From a bacterium (GTDB lineage: Bacteria > UBA8248): a DNA stretch of 64,000 nucleotides. The stretch's first letter is position 1. Every line of letters starts with the position of its first letter. A program made the translations under genes and the position numbers. Shown here one piece after another: positions 40,783-58,462 of this stretch. Below the pieces are notes generated by a model that saw only the letters and a program-made list of their open reading frames with translations, had not been told where the DNA came from and made no database searches. The stretch covers positions 1,536,001 to 1,600,000 of the forward strand of contig CBDBZY010000064.1 of assembly GCA_965213685.1 (NCBI GenBank), read 5' to 3'.

Positions 40783-43457
40783 TCAATCAACTAAGCGGCT
40801 TTCAATGTCAGAAGCAAGAGTGTTGCAATCAATTTCCTTCAAGCACTGCACTAGTCTACCCCAGGTCAGCTCTGTAGGTTGCCTCTCCAGCCACCGCTGC
40901 AGTATGGCTCTGGCTATGTCAGCTGGGTTAGAATAATGTGCACGTTCCAGTCCTGACACAACAGCACCACTCTCATCATTGAGCAGTAGTAGACCAAATG
41001 GTATGTAATGTACTCCTATCCGTTCAGGGATGCTGAGAGGCCCATCAGGTCCTGGAAATGCTTCCAATTTCACCATATTTGGACGACCTCCTGAAAATGA
41101 TAATTCAAAGAATGAGGGAGTTGTGTATCTTTGAAAGCAACATGAGCGTTACAAAAGTGAACAGTACACACAAGCTAATATTAATGCATATTTCTTTACT
41201 TCAGAGTGAACAAGTGACAAATTTTCTTAAAGACTAATTGCAATAATTGTATTTTTTGTCAAGCCCCTGTCTATACTGTATTTTAAAAAAGGAAGAGAGC
41301 CACATGCAGCTATTGACTTACTTCGAGATAGTTCACTTACGGCATTTCCTAAAGTGGACAAAGGAAAGTAAATACACATGCATAGGCTGCCTCATAACAA
41401 TTGTGACTTACTCTATCAATGCACACTGAGAATACATACGTGAAAAAAAAGCAACATTTCTACATTTAAGTAGAGTAAATCGGACACCATCTATTGTTGG
41501 ATGTGTTTGTAAAGTGTGTGTATTACTAAAGTAGTTACTTTTAGCCACAAATTGTAGTCCTTAGTCACAAACCTCTGTAGAAAAATAATCGCTTTTGTCA
41601 AAGCTCCTAGGCCTGAATTGTGTGGCGATAAATGACCGTCTGAAAAGAATGCATTAACGGACTAAAGTATCAATCTATGGACGACTTCCCAAAGGAACAC
41701 ATAATGCAAGGAATTCTATCGAAAGTATACTTCATATACAGTGTCATCCTTTGGCTATCCAGCGAACTATAGTTTGGCTGAATTGGTCTTGAATGCTTCG
41801 CACATCATCACTGTAAACGTACCATAGTCATGTAATTAATGTTCGGACACAAAAAACAGTTTTTGCCTTATTGAGCCTGAGACACGTAAGTAATTTTGCC
41901 TCCAAAAATGTTTACACATACTACTGGTCCTGTAAAAAATAACTGTACCACTATTATCTGCTTTTGGAATATTTGGATAATTTATGTACAAAATTCAAAA
42001 ACAGGTAAAATCACGAAAGGGGGTGTAGTTGTTTTGCACATCACCAGTGCCACTTGAAGGAATTATTGGAAGCAGACGTATTCATTTGCCTCAGGTGCAA
42101 AAGGGCAAAGAACGCTTTTCGTGTCCGAACATTGATTACGTGACTTAGATAAGTTTACAGTGATGACGTGCGAAGCAATCAAGATATATAGAGCCAAACT
42201 ATAGTTCGCTGGATAGCCAAAGGATGACACTATATATGAAGTATACTTTCGATAGAATCCATTACATTATGTGATCTTTTGAGGAGTCATTTGTAGATTA
42301 ATACTTTAGTCTGTTTATCAGTATGTGTTATTTTCGGACGGTCATTTATCGCCACACAATTCAGGCCTAGGAGGTTTGACAAAAACGATTATTTTTCTAC
42401 AGAAGTTTGTGACTAAGGACTACAATTTGTGGCTAAAAGTAGCTACTTTAGTAATACACATGCTTTGCAAACATGTCCGACAATAGATGGCGTCCGATCT
42501 TCGGTGGCTTACTCTATACTACCATATCTTCAGTAGATATGAAGACTGCAGACTAGAGGATGGATACAGTGTCAAACACACAGATGACAACCAAGTACAG
42601 TGGTCTAGATATGCCTTAACTGCTTCTGTCATATGATTCTATATTGACATACTCCTTAGGAGTATTACAGAGGCCCTCTGGTGAGTGGAAGGTAAGATTA
42701 TTGGCTAGTACATGTGTATATAGTACTGTTTTGTCTGACTACTAAACACTTCTCTACAGACAATAACACTGTAGGAAATACATGAAGCTATCGTCTATGA
42801 AATTTGTGTACATTGGAGGCGCAGTAAACACTAAAACATTGATGCAAATCAACATGCCACATGACAACAAGGCAATAAAGCCATAGCACAATAGCACAAT
42901 TGTACAAGTACATGTGTGAGGAGATACAGTGCATGAGAGACCTCACCTTGCACACTATTCCTGCCACTTGCTGCACCCCCAGTCCATATACCTCCCAACC
43001 GAGAGTATGCACCTTAGAAGAGTGATGTAATGCCATACTCATAGCTGCACCACAATACTAGTTAACTATACACACTAGGCTCAACCAAAGTTTCCCCGGA
43101 GTCACACCCACTATCGATTTGTACCAGCATAGATAAACGGCGGTAGTCTACCAGTTTACATCCTAACCTACCTTTCAGCTCATCTCCGAGCCAAGAGGTT
43201 CCGCCTGTCTTTGACAGAATACCCACCAGATCCTGAAACACTCCCCTCCTCCCGCTGCCCATCACACTAAAGAGTACTTTTCGCAGGCGGTCGGCCTCTT
43301 CGTGGTGCGGGTTGTTGGCATACTGAACGATGTTCATGCCAATAATATCCTTCGATAAAAGCTCTCCTGCTAGCCACGCTGGATCCACTTGGGAGTTTGT
43401 GAATCGAGGAAAAAGCTCTTTTAGGGCATCATAACCTGCTTTGTCTGTACCGTCCAT
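40783..43457 (-). CDS. Death-fold adaptor gene E: CARD-like (beta) + linker + Death domain (P type)
   Basis: Exons 43457-43172 (MDGTDKAGYDALKELF...VDPAWLAGELLSKDII...VFQDLVGIL...SWLGDELK), 43012-42947 (GAYSRLGGIWTGG) and 41090-40783 (FPGPDG...FGLLLLNDESG...ILQRWL...TWGRLVQCL). All introns are phase 1. Confidence 0.78.
41469..42520. mobile_element. ~1.05-kb foldback element with ~385-bp inverted arms, in an intron of gene E
   Basis: 41469-41852 is the imperfect reverse complement of 42116-42520 (e.g. TTTAGCCACAAATTGTAGTCCTTAGTCACAAAC / GTTTGTGACTAAGGACTACAATTTGTGGCTAAA). Confidence 0.85.
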
Positions 43458-43625
43458 CTTCACCGTCCAAACACAACAACGGTCATAGGGGGTGTGGCCT
43501 CAGGACTTCCGGCATACTTTAGCGGCAGAGAGTTTAGCTTTGCGTACGCAGCACTGTACAGTGGATCTAGCATCACTTGTATGAAAATAACAAAAGCTGT
43601 AATAAAGTAATAAGCAATTGAATAC

Positions 43626-45636
43626 CTAATCACTCAACACTTCTACAGTCACTCCATATTTCTTTGCAATCGTATCTGCAAGTTTTTCTTCCCCAATTGT
43701 GTTCAGTGCAGTGGCCACCTCCTGCCAGGAGGGACTCACAGTTTGCCTCAGGTATTGCTGGAACATCAGTCTCATCTGCTTCCGGACATCACCACGATTG
43801 TCCTTTTCAATTACATTCAGATCATACTCTTTGATGTTCAGTTGAAGACCTAAACCAAAAAAGTTGGTGGTTTGTACCACACTAAGAAGTTCCTTTAGTG
43901 TGGGTTCAGTCTGTTGCTCTTGCACTGCAATGTCCATGTGTATGTGTACAATAAAAGAAGTAGAACTGATCAAGCATTAACAAACACTGCTAGATGTATA
44001 CACTACAGCTATTCTGAAGGAAATTTGGTCTATACTGATCACAGTGATCTTGGAAGTTCTCACTCCAATGAAATACATTCCCACCAACACTTGGTGTAAA
44101 CAAAAAGATGTCCTAAAATGTAGAAGGATGTATAGGAATGGCAGTGCAAAAAACCACAGAAACTATAAGGTGCATAGGGATGACAGTATGCACAAAGATT
44201 ATCCCATCTCTACATCTTTTTATGGCATACTCCTAGAGACTATGCTACAAAACTACTGGAAAAACAGCATTGTACAGTGAAAAAGAAAGATGTAGGGGTG
44301 GGGTTACTTGTGTAGTCTTTGTATGCTGTCTTGCCTGCATGATGTTATCCCCACATCGAGTTTCTGTGGGTTTTGCACTGCCAACCGTATATCCTTATAC
44401 ATTTTTGGAAAAGTTTGTTATACTTGTTCGTGTGCTTTTTTTGTACAGCACTACACTAAAGGCTGATGTTATTCTTGCAAGCTACTTTCAGACACAAATC
44501 AGCCCCCACAGCAGACTTTGCTGCATATCACGCACATGGAACAATGGGGCTTGGGCACCCCAACTTTAGAGCTGAGAGTCTGAGACCTGGAGCTACCTCA
44601 CTTGCTGTATATGACTACCTAACTCATACATGTACAATGGCAAGCAAGATGCTGCCCATACACACTCCTTTCAGGCACAAGGAATATGCAGCTGCAGTAG
44701 CCTTTGTCACAAGTGAAGAACTAGTAGGCATGGCTTCACTATCAGCATCATATTGGGCCATGAAGTGCCACACTAAACATATCCTGACACCTTCCTTCTA
44801 CTTGGTACACCTCAAGTTAAATGTACATGCATACCTGCATCATCAGATTTCACTTTGGCTTCTCCTCCATTCCCAGTCCACCTGCCACCAGCGTCAACAT
44901 AGGCAACTGAAAAAAAGGTTAATATAGCCTGTTGAATTCCTTCATTTTGACACTTGACACTGTTCCAAGCTAGCAAAACTCCGTATTCACTATGGATGAT
45001 TCATTTGAGTTTCGCTAATGATCCATTTCTGAAAGCATTGTGCTAAATTTAGTTACATCAGAGACCAGATCACACTCCTAGCAGACTACGTGTTTAGGCT
45101 GAAGATTGTATAGAAATGCAACTCACTCTATAACAAACTTAAGCCCTGCACTAGCAGGCAGCTTATCTGCCTTGGCTGACAAATGCAAGGCATTCACACA
45201 AAACTCAACACAAACACTGAATGTCTATCCCAGGTCTAGTCTCGTGAGGCATACTCATTTGACTCATAGTCATCAGTCTTACTGTTGAGCGACAAGCACA
45301 GATTTCTGATTCAATACATGTCGACAGCCAGCTTTCAATCATTAACCTACCTTTAAGCTCTCTTCCGAGCCAAGAGTACGTTTCACTCTCTAGCAAAATG
45401 CCGGCCAAATCTTGAAAGACACCTTCTCTTCCATTCCCCATCACCTCACGCAGCACTCTTCGTAAACGCTCAGCCCTTGAGTGATACGGATTCGCAGCAT
45501 AATCCTGCGTGTCCTCACCAATGATATACTGTGTCAGTAGTTGGTCTGCTAACCATCCTGGATCTACTTGGGAGCGTGTGAACCGAGAAAACAGTTTAGT
45601 TAAGGCGTCGTGACCGGCCCTATCGGTCCTGTCCAT
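43626..45636 (-). CDS. Death-fold adaptor gene F: CARD-like (beta) + linker + Death domain (T type)
   Basis: Exons 45636-45351 (MDRTDRAGHDALTKLF...; 286 nt as in gene E), 44906-44835 (VAYVDAGGRWTGN) and 43924-43626 (EPTLKELL...FFGLGLQLNI...PSWQEVATALNTIGEEKLADTIAKKY). All introns are phase 1. One more linker exon near 44660-44773 is possible. Confidence 0.78.
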
Positions 45637-46284
45637 TCCTACATGTACTTCGACCGTGGGCAAAACGAAAGTCTACATTATCTATGAATAAACTAACTAG
45701 TAACAGTGTTACACCCACATAGCGTGCATGTTTCCACCTAGGGCCACGCCTTCTAGTGCGCGGAGACGATCGAGAAGGCGTGGCTCCGCGGGGTTCTGAG
45801 ATTCGTAAACAAATCGCCACTGCTGCCGCGATGAAAAAGGAGATGTTCGAGCAGTATCTACTTTCCAGTACAAACAAACGTTGATGCAACTGGTACAAGT
45901 TAGGCAGTCAGACAAAGTGAGGCAGCCGCTGTGCTCATGCCTCCAATATCTCAGTCGCTGCTGTGATCGCTGATTTGTTTGGTAGAGTCTGAAAGAAGCT
46001 TGCAAGAACGCCGTCCTCCTCAGGGTTCTATCTGGAAAATGGTGGTGGGGGGGGAAGTTCTCTCGGGTCTTCAAATGCGGTGGATAAATTGACTTACAAC
46101 AGCTGTAAATAATTGTCTGGGGCAATATCCTCCAGAAAGGTTTCTGATTTTGAACTTTCTAAAAATCACTTTTGCTGCAATCTAGACCAAAACATGTTAA
46201 TGGATTTGGGGGAGGGGGAGCTGGAGAATTTGAGGGAGAATTCCCCCTTGCCCCCCTCCAGTGGATAGAACCCTGCTCTTTTAT

Positions 46285-46660
46285 TGTACAAGTATGAAAA
46301 ACATTTTCCAAAAATGTAGAGGAATGTAGGGATGGCAGTGCCAAAAACCACAGAAACTAGGTGTACGGATAGCAGTGTACAGGCAAGACAGGTTGTAAAA
46401 AGACTACACAAGCAAGCCCATCCCTACATCTTTTTTTTACTACACATTGATGCTCCCAGTAATCTCATAGCTAAACTCGCAGAACTCAAAAGATGTAGGG
46501 ATGGGCTTGCTTGTGTAGTCTTTTTACAACCTGTCTTGCCTGTACACTGCTATCCGTACACCTAGTTTCTGTGGTTTTTGGCACTGCCATCCCTACATTC
46601 CTCTACATTTTTGGAAAATGTTTTTCATACTTGTTTGTGTACTTTTTCTTGTACAATAGT
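46285..46660. repeat. Inverted pair of a ~170-bp dispersed repeat rich in CATCCCTACA
   Basis: 46285-46435 is a near-perfect reverse complement of 46488-46635. Related copies lie at ~20665, 36310, 44125/44285, 47480/47635, 57230/57437 and 61020. Confidence 0.85.
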
Positions 46661-47849
46661 ACACAAAATGTTCTTGCAAGTTTCATTCAAAATCCAACAA
46701 ACATATCAGTGATCAGAGCAGCCATTGCTACTAGTCAGCGGCGGAGATACGAGTGGGCCTTAAACCCCGTGATCAGTCACTTACGAAGTTGGGAGGCTGA
46801 GTCCCTCTAAAAAAGTCCTGAGCTAGAGTAGTTTCCTCAGTGTATCTGACTAGGTAACTCATACCAGTTACCTTAACATTCGTTGTACAATTGTACGGCG
46901 AAGTAAGAACGCGCTCTTTTCAGTGACAAAAGATCGAGTAGCCTTTGCTATGTCAAGCCATCGAGAAATTAATAGGCGTGGCTTCGCGAGGCCCGCCCTC
47001 ACGTGCTTACAAGTTGCGCCACGTGACAATAATTACTAGAAAATGGCTTCCAAATATGGTAAAGTTGTCTGGGGCTCTAGATTCTGCCCATAGTAGAGAA
47101 GATACTAACATTTTGTTAGCGCAGATCACACTTCGTAGTGATTACAGTGGATCTGTGAAAGAACTATGGTGATTACTTCAGCCAGTTTCGAGTAAAGTCG
47201 TTTGAAAGAAATCTCGTAAGAAGAAGAAGAATAAGAAAGAAAAACAAAATCACCCTTCGTCCATTATCTGGCAGTAAGTCAAGGAATGCATTCTAGCTAC
47301 TTGTGGGGTATCGTTGGGTAGAGAATCGGTTGAATAGGCTATTCGCGTGCCGAGAAAGGCTTAAAACGCGAGTGTTCGCGAGTTAAGAAGGCTTTCCAAT
47401 GTACGCGCACTATGGGAGTGTCGGAGCCATCCCTACATAGAGAGTCTACCGACTCTCTGATTATTGTACAAGAAAAAAGCTCACAAAACAAGTATAGAAA
47501 CGGTCTACAAATGTGGATGTATGTAGAAATGGCAGTGCAAAAACACTATAGAAACTAGGTGTAGGGATGGCTGTGTGCAGGTAAGACAAATGACCCCATC
47601 CCTACAGTTTTCTTTTTTATTGCACAAGAGAAAAGATATAGGGATGGGATTACTTGTGTAGTCTTTATAAAACCTGTCTCACCTGCACACTGTCATCCCT
47701 ACACCTAGTTTCTATGGTTTTTGGCACTGACATCCCTACATCCCTCTACATTTATGAAAATTATTTATATACTTGAACACTCCCTCTGTGACAAATTCTG
47801 TCAAGATGTAACAAGTTAAATCAGCCTGACAGGTATGTGTACCTCTCTC

Positions 47850-49228
<1,379 letters not shown>

Positions 49229-49229
49229 G

Positions 49230-52659
<3,430 letters not shown>

Positions 52660-53003
52660 TGGGGGGAGGGAAACATATTCATTTAATCTGAATACACATT
52701 ACAATGAGGAGTGGATAAGCCCTAAGATCAGTTTGCCTAGGTGATATCCCCTTTCCCTGTCCATCTCTCTATTTCTGTCCTTTTTTCCTACCTCAATTCC
52801 TTATCTGTCTCTCTTTCTATAAAGAAACAAGGTCCAGACCTACCAGGGAGGGTGAGGTCTCAAGGAGTGAGGGAGAGAATATCTGAACATTGGGCCATTG
52901 TGGGCTCCTGGTGTGCTCCAGTGAGTCAGTACGATACAAAGTGAGGAGTCTGTTTTTCTGTACATAACTGCCGAGCATAGGAGAAATGTTATTGTATCAT
53001 CAG

Positions 53004-54935
53004 TCAGACAAAAGTGCAGCTCTTGCTGCCAGTCCTCTGCTCCACAGCTGCAAGCTGGAGACTGACCAGCAGAACAGCCAACCACACCACCTACAGATAG
53101 ACACTCTACAGCTGCTGGGAACCATCAACAAGCCTGTGGCTGTCCTGTCCATCTGTGGCCCCTATCGCTCGGGGAAGTCCTACTTCATCTCCAGAGTGCT
53201 TGGTATTTCAGCTAGGCCACAGGATGCAAGCCTGTACACGTGGAATCTGGATGGCCACCACTCTCCTAGAGTGTGAGCAGTTTGCCACAATTCTGCTTGA
53301 CACAGAAGGTATCGATGCTATTAGAGCCTCTGAGACCATGGCCATGAGTTTGCTGACTGTCACCACACTCCTCAGCTCCTACCTCATCTACAACTCCATG
53401 AAGGTGCCCCAGAAGGTGGACCTGGACAAAATGAGGTGCTTAACCCAGCTTTCTAGGTCTCTGCTTGTGCAGAAAGGAGAGTCCATGAGAGCAGAGGCCA
53501 TGAGGAAGTTCTTCCCTCACTTTCTGTGGCTGCTGAGAGATGTGACATTGACTGTGACAGACAGAGCTGGCCAGACCATCTCAGCCACCGAGTTCCTGTA
53601 CACTCGTGTACTGGCATCACAATCTGCTCAGCTTACAGAGCTGGGCAGGCTTCTTTGTAGCCTCTTTCCCTCACTGGAATGCCGCACTCTACCCATGCCA
53701 AGTGTCAACCTCAAAGTCATCAAGAACATTGTGAAGCAACAGGACAAGCTGAAACTAGCCTTCAACAAGGCAGTGGATGAATTGATCCAGCGAATCCTGC
53801 AGCAAGTCACACCCAAGAAAGCCATTGATGGAGTGAGTGTGGTGGATGGCCCAGCTCTAGCTGCTCTGATACGTGGGTATGTGGATGCCATCAACACACC
53901 AAGAGCAATACCATCATCAAGTGGAAACTGAAAGAACTGTCAGACAAGCTAGTGGAGGAGTACAGGAGAGAGATGGAGGAATGTTTAGGAGACAATCTTC
54001 CCGTGGAGGAGAAGAATCTGATGAGAATCCATGAACAGACACTGAGCAGGAAAAGGGAGTCACTGGAGCAGGAGATCCATAGACTCAAACCATTGAGTTC
54101 TACCTCGGGAGACAAAGACCCAGTCTTGAGTGAACTGGAGCAGGCAATCAATCAGATGAATGGGAGGGATGAGGTGATTGGGGGGATCCTCTTCCAGTTT
54201 ACAAACTACCAAGCAGCAGTGTGAAGAAGTGCTGATGGAATCAGTGAAGAGCAGTGGAATTCACCAGAAGTGTGAGGAAGCCTTCATCAACTCACATCCA
54301 CTGGAGATGATGGCAGAGATACAGGAGATTGATGAGCAATGCCACAGGCAAGCTGTTGGACCAGCAGCCAGTGAAGTGCTGGAGAAAGGCCGCAGAGAAC
54401 TGAACCAACTGGGAGACTTACTCAAGAGAATTCCTGGTCCACCTGGTGAGGTGGAGATCATTGGAGAGGGACCTGATCAAGTGAAGCTGAGCTGGCAACC
54501 TCCAGAGAAGAACTCTGAGGCTGCTGAGAGGTATATGGTGTGGAAACAAGAGGAGGGGGAACAGTGGGAGAGGGTGAGGGAGACAAAGAGGACCAAAATC
54601 CTCATCACTGGGCTGAAGTCAAGAACAGAGTACCAGTTCAGTGACAGCCACCAATGACCTGGTTAAGAGTTTGGCTACAACACAGGACTCATGGGCAATG
54701 GAGTCAAATGCTAAGGTGGGAGCTCTTTATGGTGGTATAGGAGCAGGTGTACTTACACTGTTCCCAGTTACAATTGCTATTGCAAATATGAGTGATAAGG
54801 AGTTGAGTACAGGAAAAGTTGTAGCTCTAGAAGTCGCCACTTCACCATTTCAGCCTTGTCTGTGCTCCAGTCGTTGCTCCTGTGGCTGCAGTTTGGTTTG
54901 CTAGGAAAATGAGACCTGTCCCCAGAGAGTGATGA
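53004..54935 (+). pseudogene. Guanylate-binding protein (GBP/atlastin family) GTPase + helical region + FN3 domain + hydrophobic C-terminal segment; frameshifted
   Basis: PVAVLSICGPYRSGKS (P-loop), CTRGIW, LLDTEG, FLWLLRD, then an FN3-like PGPPGEV...VKLSWQPP...Y...ITGLKSRTEYQF and a hydrophobic GALYGGIGAGVLTLFPVTIAIA. The frame breaks near 53205, 53910, 54200 and 54640. Confidence 0.82.
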
Positions 54936-55349
54936 TGAGACGTCATGACTGCACAGAATGACAATACTCTATGGCTAGCTATAGCTGCTCTCGTGTGTAC
55001 AAGTTCATGTACACTCATACCAGCTGCAATAAACACAACATGTACATGTATATTATTGAGTGGAGGTGACTGACACTGTAATTCTATTGTACAAAGTCAT
55101 TTCTCAGAGTGAGCTCCCCAGAGGCCAGAGGATGGCAAATAGAGTACCAGTTATCTTGAAGGGACATGCCATGTTATGGACCATATGAAGTGCGATGTCC
55201 CTAGCAGACAGTATGCATAGCCTGGCCACATTCTGAGGCCTCCACAAATTATTATAAAAGATCTCATACTCCAAGTGTAGTGGTGAATGTTATGAGCATT
55301 GCTAGTGATAAGTATCATGATTGTGGAACTCTTTCTAATGTAAAAACCA

Positions 55350-56060
55350 CTTCATTTTTTCTTCCCACACGATTCATGAATTGTGCAACAAGGCTTCTAG
55401 GTGCAGGTGCTGCACCTTTATAGCAATGCAATGCCATCTTATTTTGTTGGTCTGGGATATCGAGTGTGCTGGTATACACCAAGTGTTAAGCACTAAACTT
55501 CATCACCTTCAGTGGTAAAATCAGATGGTCTTCCATTTTGGTCATTTGCAATTGTGTTTCGACATGATGGTGGACATGAGCACCAGCCACGCATATGGTA
55601 CACAAGGAAAATATCCTGTAGTCTTGGTAGAATGTCTGAAACTCAACTGACAGAGAAACAACATGAACATGAACTTTCTTATTTATGTCGCAGATGCATT
55701 GCGATGCTTCTACTGCTTTAAACTTTGGGAAACTTCTCTTTGGAAACTTTGCATATAAATAGCTTTGCTTCTGGAGCAACACCTCCAAGATAGTTGAACT
55801 TGACAGATCAATAAGGGCACCCTTCAGCAACTCCCGCACAGTGAGTTCCATATCATCAACATTACAGTCATCTGGTTACCCCACTGCAGAAATTTTGAGA
55901 GTATTCTTCCAGCATTATGTGATGAAAGTGAGAGGGGACGCATGAATTCCAAAATCCAAAATGGCAATGACAACATTGTCTCCATTGACAGTTTTGAAAG
56001 TATCATTATTCTGCAGCTCTCAAACTCCCCTTGCAAAACTACGCACATGACATCACAACA
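55350..56060 (-). pseudogene. Decayed duplicate of the S8 protease gene
   Basis: Nucleotide blocks match 58600-59390 (e.g. CCAAAATGGCAATGACAACATT, CAACTGACAGAGAAACAACATGAACATGAA, TTTTTCTTCCCACACGATTCAT) with deletions and frameshifts. Confidence 0.85.
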
Positions 56061-58462
56061 ACTTTGTCTTTTGTACAGCTCTTCTTTGCATACAACAACC
56101 AAACACATTCATTATTGCTGTGCAATGTTGCTTTTCAGAGTGTACCCATGCAAAGGGATAGCGAGAGTTGTGGACTTAGTTATGGTATGTTCATGGTGAA
56201 ATGTTGATGCTATCACTAATTTTTCACTGTTATCGTAGCCAATAATTATTGCATTCTTTAGACAATCAACTCACTTCTGCTGAAAAGAAAGATCACATAC
56301 AGAACTGTAAGTGTAAGAAATTTGAACAGGCATAGTTCAGACAAAGCAAGACAGTACTAAGTGTGCTATACAATTATTTTGACATAGTTTGTTTTTCCTA
56401 AATGAACATATCTTAGTCTGGAGTTATCAGACTCAGTGTATTATATTTATCACAAGGCCTTATGCAATACCTCATGCTATCCCTGGCACAATACCTCTTA
56501 AAACATCCAAGCAGGTACATACATTTGTGTCAGCTCCTTACAGAGCACACTGTATGTACATGGTCAGAATCTCCTGGATTTCCTAAACAATGATGTTTTA
56601 AAACACAAAATAATTATCTTTGGTTCTATTTACTGCAGTGACCTTGTGATATCATGCTACTTTCCAATTGGATTTACAAAGGAATCTATCCCTTCAACTG
56701 AGAAATAGTCCTACTTTGGAGCGTGTAGACAATCTATCGATAACAACTCAAACAAAAATGTACAAAAACGGTGTTAAACACGCTACCTGCAACACGACAA
56801 CGTTCGCAAGAACTTAGAGCTCCGCGTCATAGATACAGAGGACACTAGTTAGACCTCTATAGTGCTACAAAAGTAACTTAATCATACTGCGTGCTAACGT
56901 TCTGAACGCCACTAGAAATGGGCTATCGTTGCCGCGATTTTTGAATTTGTTCAAGCAGCATCTTACTTCACTTTAATAGGCCTACTATCGGATAACAAGC
57001 GTAGATGTAACTGGTATGAGTTAGGTAGTCAGATACGGTGAGGTAGCTATTGTAGTTTGGGAGTTTGGGAGTTTGGGACTTTTTCCGCAAAAGTGATGGT
57101 GCTCAGGCCCCTCCATGTCTCCAATATCTCAGTTCCTGACACGTAACAAAGGCCGCTGTGATCGCTGATTTGTTTGCTAGAGTCTGAAAGAAGCCTACAA
57201 GAACGACGTCCTCAAGAAAAGCTCAAAAAGAAGTATAAAACATTCTCCAGAAATGTATATGTGGATGAATGTAGGGATGGCTGTGCAAAAAAACAGAACA
57301 AGGTGTAGGGATGGCTGTGTGCAGCCTTATACAAAACGTACACAATTGACTCCATCCCTACAGCTGTCTTCTTTACTCCACAACTGTTCCCAGTAATCTC
57401 ATAACAGTAGCCTGCAGAAGGATGTCATGAACTAAAAAGATGTAGAGATGTGATTACTTGTGTAGTCTTTGTAAAACCTGTCTTGCCTGCACACTCACTA
57501 TCATCCCGATACCTAGTTTCTATGGTTTTTGGCACTGACATCCCTCTAGGAATAATTAATGTTTTATGTACTTGTACACAGAGCAACACCCCTCCAAGAC
57601 ATATTCTGTAACAATGAAATCCAGGTATGTGTATCTTGCGTTTTCTACTTCTTCTTCTTCTTCTAATATAATTAATACCACTAGAAGTGCTGCCTATGAT
57701 ACTGATGTGAATAATCAACAGTTACATACCATGCCATTTCCACTTCTGAGTACCTCTGTACTCTTCTTCTTCTTTCTTCTTTTACACTCATGGAAAGTGA
57801 GTGCTCCAGCACTGCCCTAATGTTGGACGCTATTTTCTAACATTGTATGGTGTAAAATTGTGTGCGATGTCATTCTAGGCTTAGCGCTTGCAACTACTGT
57901 TTTCTAAATGCCTACATCCACTACATCTTTTTTGTAGACTTAACTGAATTACCACCTCACAAAAAGGATAATGCCATCATTCCCTGTGGAGAAACTCAAG
58001 TGCATGCATGTCATGCTACACAACAAAATAGTTACATGTACGTATGCTGAATGATATTGCATGCCACTGTTTCTGCCTTACTGGATACTCTCATAAACTG
58101 CATCTTGCTTTTCAGCAATACCACCCCTATATCCCTGCTCATTAAATTGATTTTTGTACTCGTTTCTTATAGTTGCTGTGCTAATGATTGGGAATCTACT
58201 TGGGATCCTGTGATCAAAGGAAAACATTTTAGTTAAGATATCATGGCATCATGACTAGCCTAGTCCTCCTTGTACTTTGGAATGAACTGTTGTTTATGTG
58301 CCCTAATGGATCTACTCTAATACCAAAGACATACTGAAGAAGAATTTACTAGTGCATTGAAGTAAAAAAAATTAATATCAGTGTATACACACGTTTCATT
58401 ATTATTGTAGGCATTATTACACTATGATAAGAAATCCATCACATATTTAAAAATCTAAACTT

